Of a DNA stretch of 64,000 nt, positions 1 through 11,747 are shown one piece after another. The notes beneath the pieces are model-generated. The model saw nothing but the letters and a program-made list of their open reading frames with translations, had not been told where the DNA came from and searched no databases. The number at the start of each line of letters is the position of its first letter. Position 1 is the first letter of the stretch. Both the position numbers and the translations under genes were made by a program. Origin of the DNA: Neoconidiobolus thromboides FSU 785 (taxonomy: Eukaryota > Fungi > Entomophthoromycota); the NCBI GenBank assembly GCA_025603075.1, contig MU626329.1, positions 1 through 64,000 of the forward strand. The letters run 5' to 3'.

Positions 1-1229
1 ATATAGCTTGTTTATTATAATGATCTAGATTTATTGAATCTGGTCTTGTTCCTATTTCCATATTTTGTTTAAAATCTAAAATTATTATACAACTTTTGTT
101 ATTTAATTTTTTAATAGTTTCATTAAATGTGTTTTTTTGAGTATCAACACAGAATTTATGTAATTTGTATAATTTTTCTTCTTCATTGAAAACTACTTCT
201 TCTATCTTTGCTTTGTCTTTTGCTGTATTTATTTTATTTTCAAATAACTTTTTTCTAACTGTATACTGGGCACGTATATTACATAGATCCGTTTTTCTTG
301 ATGGATTTTTAAAATTACTTGGTATATATTTAAAAAATGTTGACCTAGCTACTGCTTTATCTCTTAGATCATTCAAATATTTACTATATATCATTCTTCT
401 ACTTTTATTTAATATATATATATTATCTGATGAATATTTACTATCGTTATTTTTTTTTATTAAATCTTGATGAAATAGTTGAATCATTTAGTAAATATTG
501 TATAATAGTTTCAATTTGGTCATCTTTAATTTTTTTTGTATTTTTAATAATAGGTTGTGACGTTGATATTTTATTATCATTGTTACTTGTTTTTGAATAA
601 TCATATTGATTTCTATTTATATTAAACCCAAAACTCTTACATTCATCAAAAGAATATACTGAAGCTATAGTTGATAATAACGCTACTTGCTGATTTTTGT
701 TTCCTGTTTCCCTCAAAGCACTGATTTTATACATTGCTTGATTAAGTTTATTATCGATAGTAAACTTTGATAATATATCTTCTGTTCATTTTGTTTTATT
801 ATAAAATTCCATAAACCTTGAGTTGTTATAAGTAGCTCTTAAAATTGATGTAAATGAATTACAATGTTTATATTGTGTACTCCTCCCTATCGTATTGAAA
901 TTTTCAAAAAATCCATTTCGAAGTTTAGTTATGAAAGTTTGCATTTTATTTTTATTTCAACAAAAAATAAAGTCAAATAAGTGTATTTATATAATTATAT
1001 AATCATATAGTTATATATCATATATCTGTTAAATATCTAATAGAACTAATATAAAATACATAATTAGGAAAATTATCTATTTAAGAAAAGGAAACAATTA
1101 AAATAAGTTTTAAATAGAGACATTTAACTTTAGGCTTTTTAGATTTAACCGTTATATTGGACACAAATTTAAAATTTTAAAATTTGGATTAATTTCTAAG
1201 TAAATTCTGAAACCAATTAGGACAGCCCC
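1..1229 (-). mobile_element. Decayed DDE DNA transposon (Sola-like), 5' part; runs off the window edge
   Basis: The minus strand starts GGGGCTGTCCTAATTGGTTTCAG, next to ATAT (1230-1233). ORF 447..734 frameshifts at the T-run near 450 into a stop-free frame to base 2: ...RSTFLKYIPSNFKNPSRKTDLCNIR...LHKFCVDTQ...CIIILDFKQNMEIG...HYNKQ. This fits the CxxC..H..Q..DF(x)xN layout before a first catalytic Asp. Homologous to 26100-26770. Confidence 0.7.
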
Positions 1230-1769
1230 ATATTCTTTTAATAAATGATAACTATTTTTAAATATAGTATGAGTTTGAATAAAAGCACTAATTAACATTT
1301 AAATTCAAGACAAAGTAGTAAAAAAAATTACTAGACTGGATAGTAATAATGATGCTTTAAAGTACAATGATGAGCTTAGAATAAAAATAGTTATCCTGAG
1401 GACTTTTTTAAAAAATAATATAGATTTTGGATTGTTGATGTTATAATAACTAGCAAGGTGGAATGTATAAATAAGTCAAGTCAAAGAACTTGAAAATAAT
1501 GTTGTCAGTTACAATGTTTATGACTATGATATGTACGATCAATAGAGAAGAATGAAATGTACAGTAATTCAACAATGATCAATAACACTATTAGTGAAAT
1601 GATTAATACAAAATAATGATATTAATAATATGGAAACAAAAGATAAAAAGCAACTAAAAAAGTTATTTTAAAAAGAACAGTATGATAGTTTTTATTATCT
1701 CATGACAAGTGATATATTAAACATTCAATAAAATAATTGAACTCTTATTTTATTTGAAAAAAACTATTT

Positions 1770-1867
1770 GAGGATGTATTTTTTATTTAAAAGTTTTATT
1801 AGCAATCTTTCTGTTTAAATAGCGCTTAGAAAATAGAAAAAGTGATGAAGCTAAAAAAAGTATCCCC
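1770..1867 (+). mobile_element. MITE copy
   Basis: GAGGATG...TATCCCC with the AAATAGCGCTTA core; ATTT on both sides. Confidence 0.85.
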
Positions 1868-1869
1868 AT

Positions 1870-2903
1870 TTTAATTTGGACATTTAAACATTTTTGAATT
1901 GATTGATGAACTAATAAAATAAAACAAGATGAAGTAAACCCTAGACAAAGCAAAAAGTAATTGGTCCAAATAACAATATTTATATTAGGATTTGTTTGTA
2001 TTACGCTTAATAAGGTTGCTATCAGATCTGGTGATAAAGATAATATATAGTCTACTAATACGACACTCATTTTAATGACTAATTTGGTTTTTTTAATCTT
2101 AATTGACTAACTATTGATGCCTGAGATTCATCTAAACATAGTTAAAGTATGCCTCTTTGCTTTTTTTGTGTTTCAGTCACTATTTTAATTCCTCTATTGA
2201 TTACAAAATAATATCGTACATCATTGTTAGTGATATCGCTATTAGATTGGTTGTTTCTAAGACGTAAACTTAATCCGTTAAAATAAAACCAAAAACAATA
2301 GAGGAGCCCATTATTCTAAGGTAAGAAAAAGCAATATTGGTATGAAAAAAAACAAACAAGTAATCATGGTGATATTCTTGATGAACTAATGACATAAAAA
2401 AGAAAAGAAAATTTATCATCTTTTCAATATTAATACTTGGTAAACGATAAAAGTTGAATTCTTGCCGTGTATATGAACTAAGTTAACATGTAAATCAGAC
2501 ACTATAATTAATGATGTTGGAGATAGTACTGATAATAAGTAATGATACATTGTATTTACTTGTCTATGTAAATAAATTTTACAGTATTCTATAGTACTTA
2601 AGAAGCCAGATAACTCAACAGAAATAATAATGGTAGTGCTTACTACACTAAAATTTAAAGGATAGTATCAAGTTGGATTGGATACTTATAGCTTACTATC
2701 GACTGTTATGTTGTTTTCAGAAATCATTCCACGTAAATGATGATTACATAGAAAATAATATTGTTAAACGTTAACATTGGTGTTAATATTAATTCTAAAT
2801 TGTTTTTTAGTGATGATTCAATTGGGATTATACTAATTATCAATAGGCTTATTAATAGAGAAATTACTGATATCGTCAAATAAATAATGAATTCTATATT
2901 CAT
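1870..2903 (-). pseudogene. Clade A 7TM receptor pseudogene
   Basis: ORF 2724..2951 gives TM1-2 (NIEFIIYLTIS...NNLEL). ORF 1783..2070 gives TM6-7 (LSPDLI...CLGFTSSCFILLVHQSIQ). The middle is frameshifted and the 3' end abuts a MITE. Confidence 0.85.
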
Positions 2904-2995
2904 TGCTATCATAAAGTTACAAGCATTGTTTTTGAAACTAATCTCATTCATTTATCAATGTTCTAATTAATTATGAGGGTTAGTTTTTTTATTCA

Positions 2996-3173
2996 TATAA
3001 CAATATAGGCAATTGATATAGACGGCAATAAAGTAGACTTTTATCAGATAGTCGATTTTGATTATATCTAATAATGAAGAGGATTCGAAATGCTTGATTT
3101 TGGCAAATCAAGATTAGCTATCTAATAAGGGTCTACTTTATTATCACCTATATCAATTGGCTATATTGTTATA
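2996..3173. repeat. Foldback element with ~55-bp imperfect inverted repeats
   Basis: TATAACAATATAGGCAATTGATATAG...AATAAAGTAGAC..TTATCAGATAG is mirrored by CTATCTAATAAGGGTCTACTTTATT...CTATATCAATTGGCTATATTGTTATA. Confidence 0.8.
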
Positions 3174-4301
3174 GTATCCTTTTAAATTAATTTAGGTCGT
3201 AAAAAAATTATGAACTGGTTTTTTATTGTATAATTGTAGCCTAAAATATGAGAATTCTTTGTTTTTAAAAATGCAAAGCCCTTAAGTTCTTATATAAAAA
3301 AGCAGTGGTTAAAAAGGAATGTAAGCTTCTATCTTTGAAATTTGGAATTTGGCTTATCAATTGCTCAAACAAGTTCATTTTCATATGAAACTCCTATTTA
3401 ACAAAAAACAGATATAGTATAGATAAGTTAGGTTTTCAAAGTCTTTAAAAAAATCAACATAATCTATTTGTTTAAAGACTAGATAAAAAGAGAGATATTT
3501 TTACATCCAAAAGCAGCTTATATTTTAACTTAACATCACTATAAAAGTATTGGCTAGAATCCTTTATATTTTGAAAGAATTCCAAAACCTTGAGTGATTT
3601 ATTAACAACAAATTGATGAATGTATCATAGGAGAGGAAAGAAACGTCATAAAATGAGCATTTTTTTCAATCTTCTTTCATCTAATCAGATTTTTGTTTAT
3701 TTGAAATTGCCAACCTAATCAACCCTTACTCCGCAGATAAAGAGCACACTGAATTAGCTACATTTCCTTCTACAATGGAAACGCTGACTAAAGTTTAGAT
3801 AAAGAAAATAGAACGTTGAAATTCAGTAACGAGTTTTATGATAAAGATGATCCTTTAAAAAATAATGGTAATACCAGAATGGATGTGATCCCGTTTGCCA
3901 TGTATGATAGCACACTCTTTAAAAAAATAAATAGTTATGAAATTATTAGCACTTATATTAATGACAAATAAAATGAAAGAATAGCGAGAGACAGACAAAG
4001 TAGCTAAAAAATAACCTATAAATTATTAAGTTCGTAGCCTCAAGATATTAAGTAAAAAATGGTATGTAATTTATGGGAGGTAATAATGGCCGATGATGAA
4101 ACTATTGAAATGATTCTAACATGATATTGATGATAGTAGTACCATATCAATACTAAATAAAAAGAAAAAATTGTATTGAGAAGGTCGTATCGTTGATATA
4201 ATTAAGCTATTTTTTGAGGAAAGATTACTATAAAACTTGTTTTTTTAAGGGTATATCCCAAGTATTTTACTTGCAAAAATAAACTTAATTAAAATGAGTT
4301 A

Positions 4302-4448
4302 ATACATACTTCCATTGATGGATGGGCTCCAATAAGTGAGATTTTCCTTCCAGTAAGCTTCTACTTAATAAAAGACAGATTCAAAAAGAGCCAATTGCTT
4401 TTATTTTGCAAAATGGTACCACTAATATATGTTAGTGGTGAGAATTAA
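4302..4448 (+). mobile_element. Possible hAT transposase remnant
   Basis: Reads IHTSIDGWAPISEIFLPVSFYLIKDRFKKSQLLLFCKMVPLIYVSGEN*. The DGW and SGEN motifs have hAT-like spacing. Confidence 0.4.
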
Positions 4449-4775
4449 AGGTAATATGTATATATGAATATCTTACCTGGAAAGCTGCAAAGCTTTTGTA
4501 AATGATCCAAACATCAGCCTAAAATATAAAAGCTTAAGAAAATAGATACACATAACTTAGATTTTTAAATATTTTTGAGAAATCATCTAACAAATGGATA
4601 ATAGATGAAAAAAAGTTAATGTATCTTTAGTAAAAAGAACTGTATGTAGATGCTAATGGGGAATAAGTAAACAATGTAAAAGTGTGTGAAAACCTACAAC
4701 TAAGTGAATAAAAATGAGGATTGATTTTTACAAAAGGACATGTGTTTATGTAAATAAGCGAATAATAGATCAATA

Positions 4776-5867
4776 TCAATGAGTCAATTTTAATGAGTTC
4801 AAAAAATATCTTTGAATAGGTTGATGGATCAATAAGATAAAACATGACGAGGTAAACCCTAAGCATAACACCAAGCAGTTGGAATAAAAAGCAATATGCA
4901 TAAAGTTCATCTCGGCAAAATTTAATATACCTATTATTAGATCTGGTAATAAACATAGTATATAGCTTATGACTATTACACTCATTTTTACAACCAGTTT
5001 GATTTTTTTAAACTTTAACTGGTCAGCTGTCAATAGATGAGATTCATTTATTTCTAGTTGAAGCATACTTTCTTGATTTTGTTGCGTTAATGCTAGCCTA
5101 TTTGATTTCCTATTAATTATGAATTTATATTGTGTGTTATTATCATTCTTATTATTCAGTTGATAACTATTGAAATAAAAATTAGAGTTTGTAGCAGTAA
5201 CATTAGACGTAATAACGGGGTTCATTATTTTAAAGTAAGCAAGGGTGATATTTATATAACAGAAACATATTGTAACTAAACATATTAAGATTCTCAAAGT
5301 GTAAATGCAGCAGTGAAATATAAGATAAGTCATATTGTTTTTTTCAATATTGGCACTCAATCCACAATAAAAGTTGGCTTCGTACCATGAATATGAATTA
5401 TAATAACCATGCAGGCTAGATAATACAAGTGATAATATAAATGATAGCACTGATAATAGATAATATTTTATTGGTATTGTTCGCTTAAACAAGCAAATTT
5501 TACTGTATCTTACAAAACTTAATAACGCAACTAGGTCAATGGAAGTACCAATGGTAGTAGCTACTATGCTGAGATTTAAAGTACAATACCAAACTGGATC
5601 GGATAGTAATAGCTCATTGTTGAAATTTATAACATTATACTCAAGCGCTATTATGTCAAATATAACATATATGTATAGAATGGTATCAGTGATTGTTATT
5701 ATTAGTATTAATATTGACTCTAAATTGTTTTTTATAGTCAGTTTAGTTATAATTATACTAGTTATCAATAAGTTTATCGATAACGAAACTACTGATATGA
5801 TTAAATAAATTATACGTTCTATGTTCATTGTTATAAAGACAATGTTCAATTTTTCTATTATCTCCAT
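4776..5867 (-). CDS. Class A-like 7TM receptor, clade A
   Basis: Intronless, 363 aa, 7 hydrophobic segments; WYC, LLSFVRY, FYC, LRIL..FCY, CLLPD, LLIHQPIQ. Confidence 0.9.
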   Translation of the reverse strand: MEIIEKLNIVFITMNIERIIYLIISVVSLSINLLITSIIITKLTIKNNLESILILIITITDTILYIYVIFDIIALEYNVINFNNELLLSDPVWYCTLNLSIVATTIGTSIDLVALLSFVRYSKICLFKRTIPIKYYLLSVLSFILSLVLSSLHGYYNSYSWYEANFYCGLSANIEKNNMTYLIFHCCIYTLRILICLVTICFCYINITLAYFKIMNPVITSNVTATNSNFYFNSYQLNNKNDNNTQYKFIINRKSNRLALTQQNQESMLQLEINESHLLTADQLKFKKIKLVVKMSVIVISYILCLLPDLIIGILNFAEMNFMHIAFYSNCLVLCLGFTSSCFILLIHQPIQRYFLNSLKLTH

Positions 5868-6092
5868 TTATCAATGCTTCAACTTAGTCATGCAATTTGA
5901 AATTATTATCTAAAAACTAATTAATTCCAGAGAGGGTTTACTGGTAGATTAGTATCGCATTTTGGCTGATATGCATATATTCCCTTTTATTATGGCTAAC
6001 AAGACACTTGGGGCTTTCGCATTTCAAAAGGGTAAAATACTAAAAAGTCAATTTGAATTAGGAATTATTACTAAAATATTATGATTTTATAT

Positions 6093-6193
6093 GGGGGTGT
6101 TTTTTTTTTTACTTCATTACTTTTTCCATCTTTTAAGCGTTATTTGAGCGGAAAATTTGCTAGTAAAACTCTTAAACACAAAAATACATCACC
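6093..6193 (-). mobile_element. MITE copy
   Basis: Reverse orientation; ATAT on both sides. Confidence 0.85.
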
Positions 6194-6531
6194 ATATCCT
6201 TAAATGAGGTAAAAAGCCTTTAAGTGCTTTATTAACATGTAAAGTAAAAAATTAATTAACATAAAGAAGAAAGCTCAAAAATGATAGCAAGTTTCTGCCC
6301 ATACTACACATCATTGCTCGAAGTAAGTTTTACATAAACTTGTTTTCCACGTAACTTTCATAAAGGAGTATAAAGTTTTACAAAATAATTTTCAAGTGTT
6401 ATTAAAAAAGTAAGAATAGGTGTTTATTTGGAAATCAAATAAAATGACATCTATTCTTATATATAACATGAGTTTGGATAAGAGTTTATTAGCAACATAA
6501 AAGCATCGATTGGGTTTTAAAGTCAATATAC

Positions 6532-6626
6532 GAGGATATATTTTTTTACTTAAGGATCTTACTAACAATCTTTCCGCTCAAATAGCGTTTAAAAAATAGA
6601 AAAAGTAATGAAACTAAAATATCCTC
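6532..6626 (+). mobile_element. MITE copy
   Basis: GAGGAT...ATCCTC; flanks ATAC/ATAT. Confidence 0.8.
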
Positions 6627-7113
6627 ATATAATAGTAAGAGGAGTTAATAAGCTAAACAATCATGCTGATGCTTCAAAGGGCTATAGTAAGGCTTTAATG
6701 AAAAATCATATCAGTCATAATCCGTTTTAAAATAAATATATTTACAAAATTGACATCTTTTATCTTAATAGCTGATAAGATGAAAGCAGCAAAAGAGAAA
6801 TATAGGATAGCCGAAAACTAAACCAATGATTTTGGAGTTTGTGACTTTGATATAAGAAAGAAATATGAAAGAACATATAATTTTAGTGATTGGATATTAG
6901 CTAATAATATTATTTATATAATGGTTTGTACAGTGATTTGTGCTTAATACTGACGATAATGGTATCAAGGTAGAAATAACAAGAAAGTAAATAAAAAGTA
7001 AACATAAAAAGTTAAGATAATATAATTTTATTATCTCAGCAGAAAAACAACTCATTCTAATAAATAAACAAAATTTACTTGTTACTCAAATAAGAAAATA
7101 GTAGTATTAAACT

Positions 7114-8172
7114 TTAATGACTAAATTTCAAGCATTTGAAGAAACACTTTTGAATCGGTTGATGGATCAATAATATAAAGCATGAGGAGGTAAACCCTAA
7201 ACATAGTAAAAAACAATTAGAATAAAAACTAGTATGTATATCATAGTTTGTCTCTGTTAAACTTAATAAAGTTACTGTTAAATCCGGTAATAAACTTAAC
7301 ATGTAAAATGTTACTACCAGGCCTATCTTTAAGGCTACTTTAATCTTTTCTAATCTTAATCGACTAGTTGTTAGTGGCTGGAATTCATTTAGATATATTG
7401 GAAGGATGGTGCCTTGGTTTTTTTGTGTTGTCATTGTTACCTTTATTTCGCGATTAACTACAATATCATATTGCACGTTATTATTATCGCTATTGCTATT
7501 AAACCGACTGCTATTAATAAATAAATTTGGTTTTGTAGTGTTGTCATCAAAGACAATAGAAGGGTTTAATATTCTAAAATAGGCAACAGCAATACTAAAA
7601 TAACAAAAGCAAATAACGAAAAAGCAGGGTAAAATTCTAAATGAATAAACTGAATAAAAAAATACAAAATAAATTGTATTGTCCTTCTGAATATCAATAC
7701 TTGGTAAGCAATAAAAATTCACCTTATCCCATGAATAAGAATTATGATAGCTAAATAAACTAGACAATACAAGCGACAACACAATCGATATTGCCATTAA
7801 TAAATGACATCTCATCGGCGCTATTTCTTTAAATAAACAAATTTTTACGTATCTTATAATTCCTAATAAAGCAGATAACTCAATGGAGGTAACAATAGTA
7901 GTGGATATAAGACTAAAATTTAAGACACAATACCAAGTTGGGTTGGATATGAGTAGCTCATTATCAACTGCAATTATGTTATATTCAACCATTGCTAGGT
8001 GTGAAATGACAGTTAAATAAAAAATAATATCGTTTATAGCTATTGTTGAAATCATTACCAATTCTAAATTATTTTTTAGTCTTAATTTAGCTAGTATTAT
8101 ACTGATTATTGATATGTTTATTAGTATTGAAATCGTTGAGACTATAAAATAAGTTATATATTCTATGTTCAT
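7114..8172 (-). CDS. Class A-like 7TM receptor, clade A
   Basis: 352 aa; same motifs (WYC, GIIRY, FYC, LLPD, LLIHQPIQ). Confidence 0.9.
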   Translation of the reverse strand: MNIEYITYFIVSTISILINISIISIILAKLRLKNNLELVMISTIAINDIIFYLTVISHLAMVEYNIIAVDNELLISNPTWYCVLNFSLISTTIVTSIELSALLGIIRYVKICLFKEIAPMRCHLLMAISIVLSLVLSSLFSYHNSYSWDKVNFYCLPSIDIQKDNTIYFVFFYSVYSFRILPCFFVICFCYFSIAVAYFRILNPSIVFDDNTTKPNLFINSSRFNSNSDNNNVQYDIVVNREIKVTMTTQKNQGTILPIYLNEFQPLTTSRLRLEKIKVALKIGLVVTFYMLSLLPDLTVTLLSLTETNYDIHTSFYSNCFLLCLGFTSSCFILLIHQPIQKCFFKCLKFSH

Positions 8173-9222
8173 TATTATTGTAAAAGTTAAAATTAATTAA
8201 AATTGCTACACTTTTCATTTATAAACTGTCTCGAATTATTGTATTCTCTTATTCACTTAGTCAGTCTTACTTTCGTATTTTGCTCCTTTGAGTGGTTTCC
8301 TCTTACCCTTATTGCTTTACCTTTTGATGTTTTTTGCATGAATAAAAAGTTATCATAATGGGTAAAAGCCGAAAAAATGTTTCAAATTGATAATACTCTT
8401 TAAAACTATAATTAAAAAGAAATTTTAGGCTATGTAAAACTTTGATTTTCTTATATTGGAAATATCGCTAAATAATTATATGATTTTATATTCTCAAGAA
8501 AGTTCAAATGGCTATTGATATATAGAAGCTGAAAGGACTATAAATTCAACGAAGAACAAGGGTTAAAAAGGATGACTTCCTACTATCATTGCTTATTATT
8601 AACCCAGTGTGGTTCCGACAAATACATTTTTCCTTGCAGGTTTCATTAAAAAGGATAAAATTTATATGAACTAGCTTTTTGAATACCAGTAAAAAAGCAT
8701 GGGAGTTTATTGTTTAAAAGCTAAAGTATACAGCTATTTTTACAAACAGAGTTAGTTTAAATAGAGACAGCAACAGAGGAATCAACTAGGATTTAAACCC
8801 AATATTAGTGTTAAAATAATTAACAAATGGATGAAGAGGATGCTCTAAAAAATAACGATGAAATTGGAACGAAAAGTCGCTATCAGTGATGTCACGCTTT
8901 TAAAACAAACATGGTTATAGAAGTGTATTTTTTAGTAGCTAAAATGAAGTTAACCAGAGAGAAAGGATAAAATACCCAGAAAATTAATCAATGTGTATGA
9001 AGTTTGTGACTTTAACATAACTAGTAAAAATAAGAACATGTGGATTTAAAATAATTTGATAGTGGTTGGCAGCACTCTAGTAGAATTGTTTGTGATATGA
9101 CATTGGTAATAATGCCATTACGGAAAAAAACAATAGTATTTTTTTTTTAATTGTTTCAGAAAAAATCTTATTGAAAGGCTTTAGTCAAGTAAAAAAAAAC
9201 AATAAAGGTTAACAGTAATACT

Positions 9223-10275
9223 TTATTTTAATTTCAAACATTTAAAGAAACACTTTTGAATAGGCCGATGGATTAATAAGATAAAACAAGAAGAAGTAAA
9301 CCCTAAGCATAAAATAAAACAGTTTGAGTAAAAGGTAGTTTGCATATTGAAATTCGTCTTTGTTAAACTTAATAATGTTATTGTTACATCTGGCAATAAG
9401 CATACTATATAACATACTATTATCAAGCTTATTTTCAAGATTAACATAACTTTTTTCAACCTTAATTGATTGACTGTTGGTGACTGAGATTCACTTGAAT
9501 TTATTTGAGTGATGCTTCCCTGTTTTTGCGATTCTACCATCGACTTGTTGCTTTCTCCATTAATTGTTAGTTTATATTGTATAAGACCACTACCCTCATT
9601 ATTAAGTTGATAGTTGTTAATGCGTGAATTTGAATCTATTGCTGTAGTGTTAAGAACAATCGAAGGGTTCATTATTCTAAAATATGCAATCATAATATTT
9701 GAATAACAAAAGCAGACGATGAGTAGACAAATCAAAACTCTTAGTGAGTAGATAGTGTAAAATAATGTAAAATAAGTTGTATTATCTTTCTCAACGTCAA
9801 TACTTGGTACACAATAATAGTCTAATTCGTACCACGAATAAGAGTTGTAATAACTGTGGAAACCAGATAATATAAGCGATAATGCCACAGATATTAATAC
9901 ACATATATAATAACGCATTGGTTTTACTTGTTTAAATAAACAGATTTTATTGTATCTTATAATACTCAATAAAGCAGCTAATTCAATAGAAGTAACAACG
10001 GTTGTGACTATCAGGCTAAAGTCCAAAGCACAATACCAAGTTGGACTAGATACTAGTAGCCCATTGTTAACTGAAATCATTTGAAACTCGACTCCTATTA
10101 TATGTGAGATGGCTACTATGGAATAAATAATGTCATTGATGGCGATTATTGATATTATTATTAGTTCTAAATTGTTTCTTAATTTTATTTTAAACAAGAT
10201 TATACTGCCTATTAACAAGTTTATTACAATAGATATTATAGATATTATTAAATAAACAATATATTCTGTTCTCAT
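9223..10275 (-). CDS. Class A-like 7TM receptor, clade A
   Basis: 350 aa; AINDI, WYC, SIIRY, YYC, CLLPD, LLIHRPIQ. Confidence 0.9.
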   Translation of the reverse strand: MRTEYIVYLIISIISIVINLLIGSIILFKIKLRNNLELIIISIIAINDIIYSIVAISHIIGVEFQMISVNNGLLVSSPTWYCALDFSLIVTTVVTSIELAALLSIIRYNKICLFKQVKPMRYYICVLISVALSLILSGFHSYYNSYSWYELDYYCVPSIDVEKDNTTYFTLFYTIYSLRVLICLLIVCFCYSNIMIAYFRIMNPSIVLNTTAIDSNSRINNYQLNNEGSGLIQYKLTINGESNKSMVESQKQGSITQINSSESQSPTVNQLRLKKVMLILKISLIIVCYIVCLLPDVTITLLSLTKTNFNMQTTFYSNCFILCLGFTSSCFILLIHRPIQKCFFKCLKLK

Positions 10276-10912
10276 TATTGTTTTAAAATAAAAACCCTAA
10301 AAAACCATTGTTTTGTTTATCATTTAAAAGTGCCTTATATTATCTATTCAAAATCTTGATTAATTTGTGTCGATCCTTTTATATTATAGTTGCTTTAGTT
10401 TTTTTGTGACTTATTTAATGGCTCATTTTAATAAAACTATTTTAAAAGTTGGTTCAAGTATTAATGGTCGATATTTAAAAAATCAGGTGTGTAAGTAATT
10501 CAACTATAAAAATTATTGTTAAAAAAGCCATAGAAGAGCTGCAACAGCCGTACTAATCATCACTGAAATTACTATTACTCTTTTATATCCTTAGAGATGA
10601 AAAACTTAAATAATTTGTTGAAAAATAAGTAAAAAAGAAATTAACAAAGAAGCGAGAGGGTTAGAATCTAGTATTTTTCTTTTTTTTTGCCACTTATTAC
10701 CAGTATAGCGTTTTTATCTTGATTTAGAATGTGAAATATTGTTGGTTAGTATGATTGAATCAAGCTTACTATTCACTGTCTGTATAAAAATTCTAGTAAA
10801 CTCAGCAAGCTTAACACTCAAATTGGTAAACAAATTATATATAGTGAAAAATTTAAAAAGTTAACAAAGTTAAAATGGAAGTGCTATATAATCATAGTCT
10901 AAGTGAATGTAT

Positions 10913-11010
10913 GGGAATATATTTTTGTGTTCAAGAATTTTATTAACAATCCTTCTACTCAAATAGTGCTCAAAAGATGAAAAAGTAATGAAATCAAAAA
11001 AAACATCCAC
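10913..11010 (+). mobile_element. MITE copy
   Basis: GTAT on both sides. Confidence 0.85.
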
Positions 11011-11747
11011 GTATAGTTAATAGGGTAGAGGAATTTTGTTTTAAAGCCAAACGAGAGAAAAACATGCTTTATTATAATTAAAAATAGATTTTATAGGATT
11101 TAGGGACATCATTGAGAGATTAAATATATGTAAAGTCAAGACAAATCAGTAAATGAACTAATAAACTAGATAATTAAAATAGTATCTAAGGAGTAACAAT
11201 GGGGCCAATAATAAAAAGTAGCTGTCTGTAGTAGAACACTTTTGAAAACACTCATCACAGATTAACATCACTTTTACTACTGATTAAAAAAGGCGGAAAA
11301 AGATAATGGATTACATGACTGAAAATCAAAATCATGAGTTCTAAAGTCTATGACATCAAGATAATAGACAAGTACTTAAAAGCTATAGTATCTAATGAGA
11401 CTAATGAGTTTCATAAACACTTTAATTAAAAGATTTATGATGGAATATTTATAGCAATAATAGAATTAAATACGAAAATAAAGAAATGAGACAAATTAGC
11501 ACCGTTAAATAATATTTCTCTTCTGTAACAAAAGCCTAAATTTAAAATAAACTATTGTCTTACAATAATTGTCTATACCTTGAAATAACATATTTCTCGC
11601 TCCTATTTTGCTTTTTTTCATAGTTCTTACTTTGCCTTTATTCGGGCCTTTTATAAGTAAAGCACCTTGAGTGCTTAATCTTTCAAGGATTAGAAAAAGC
11701 ATAAATAAATAAGGGAAAATAGAGATTAAAAATAGAGATGAAATAAT

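Noticed and set aside
165-470. Plus-strand 101-aa hydrophobic ORF
   Set aside because: It is the antisense shadow of the transposase frame.
4627-5808. ORFs 4627..4956 and 5539..5808 (also 15166, 23654, 25028, 41430, 41456)
   Set aside because: Alternate-frame or antisense overlaps of receptor genes.
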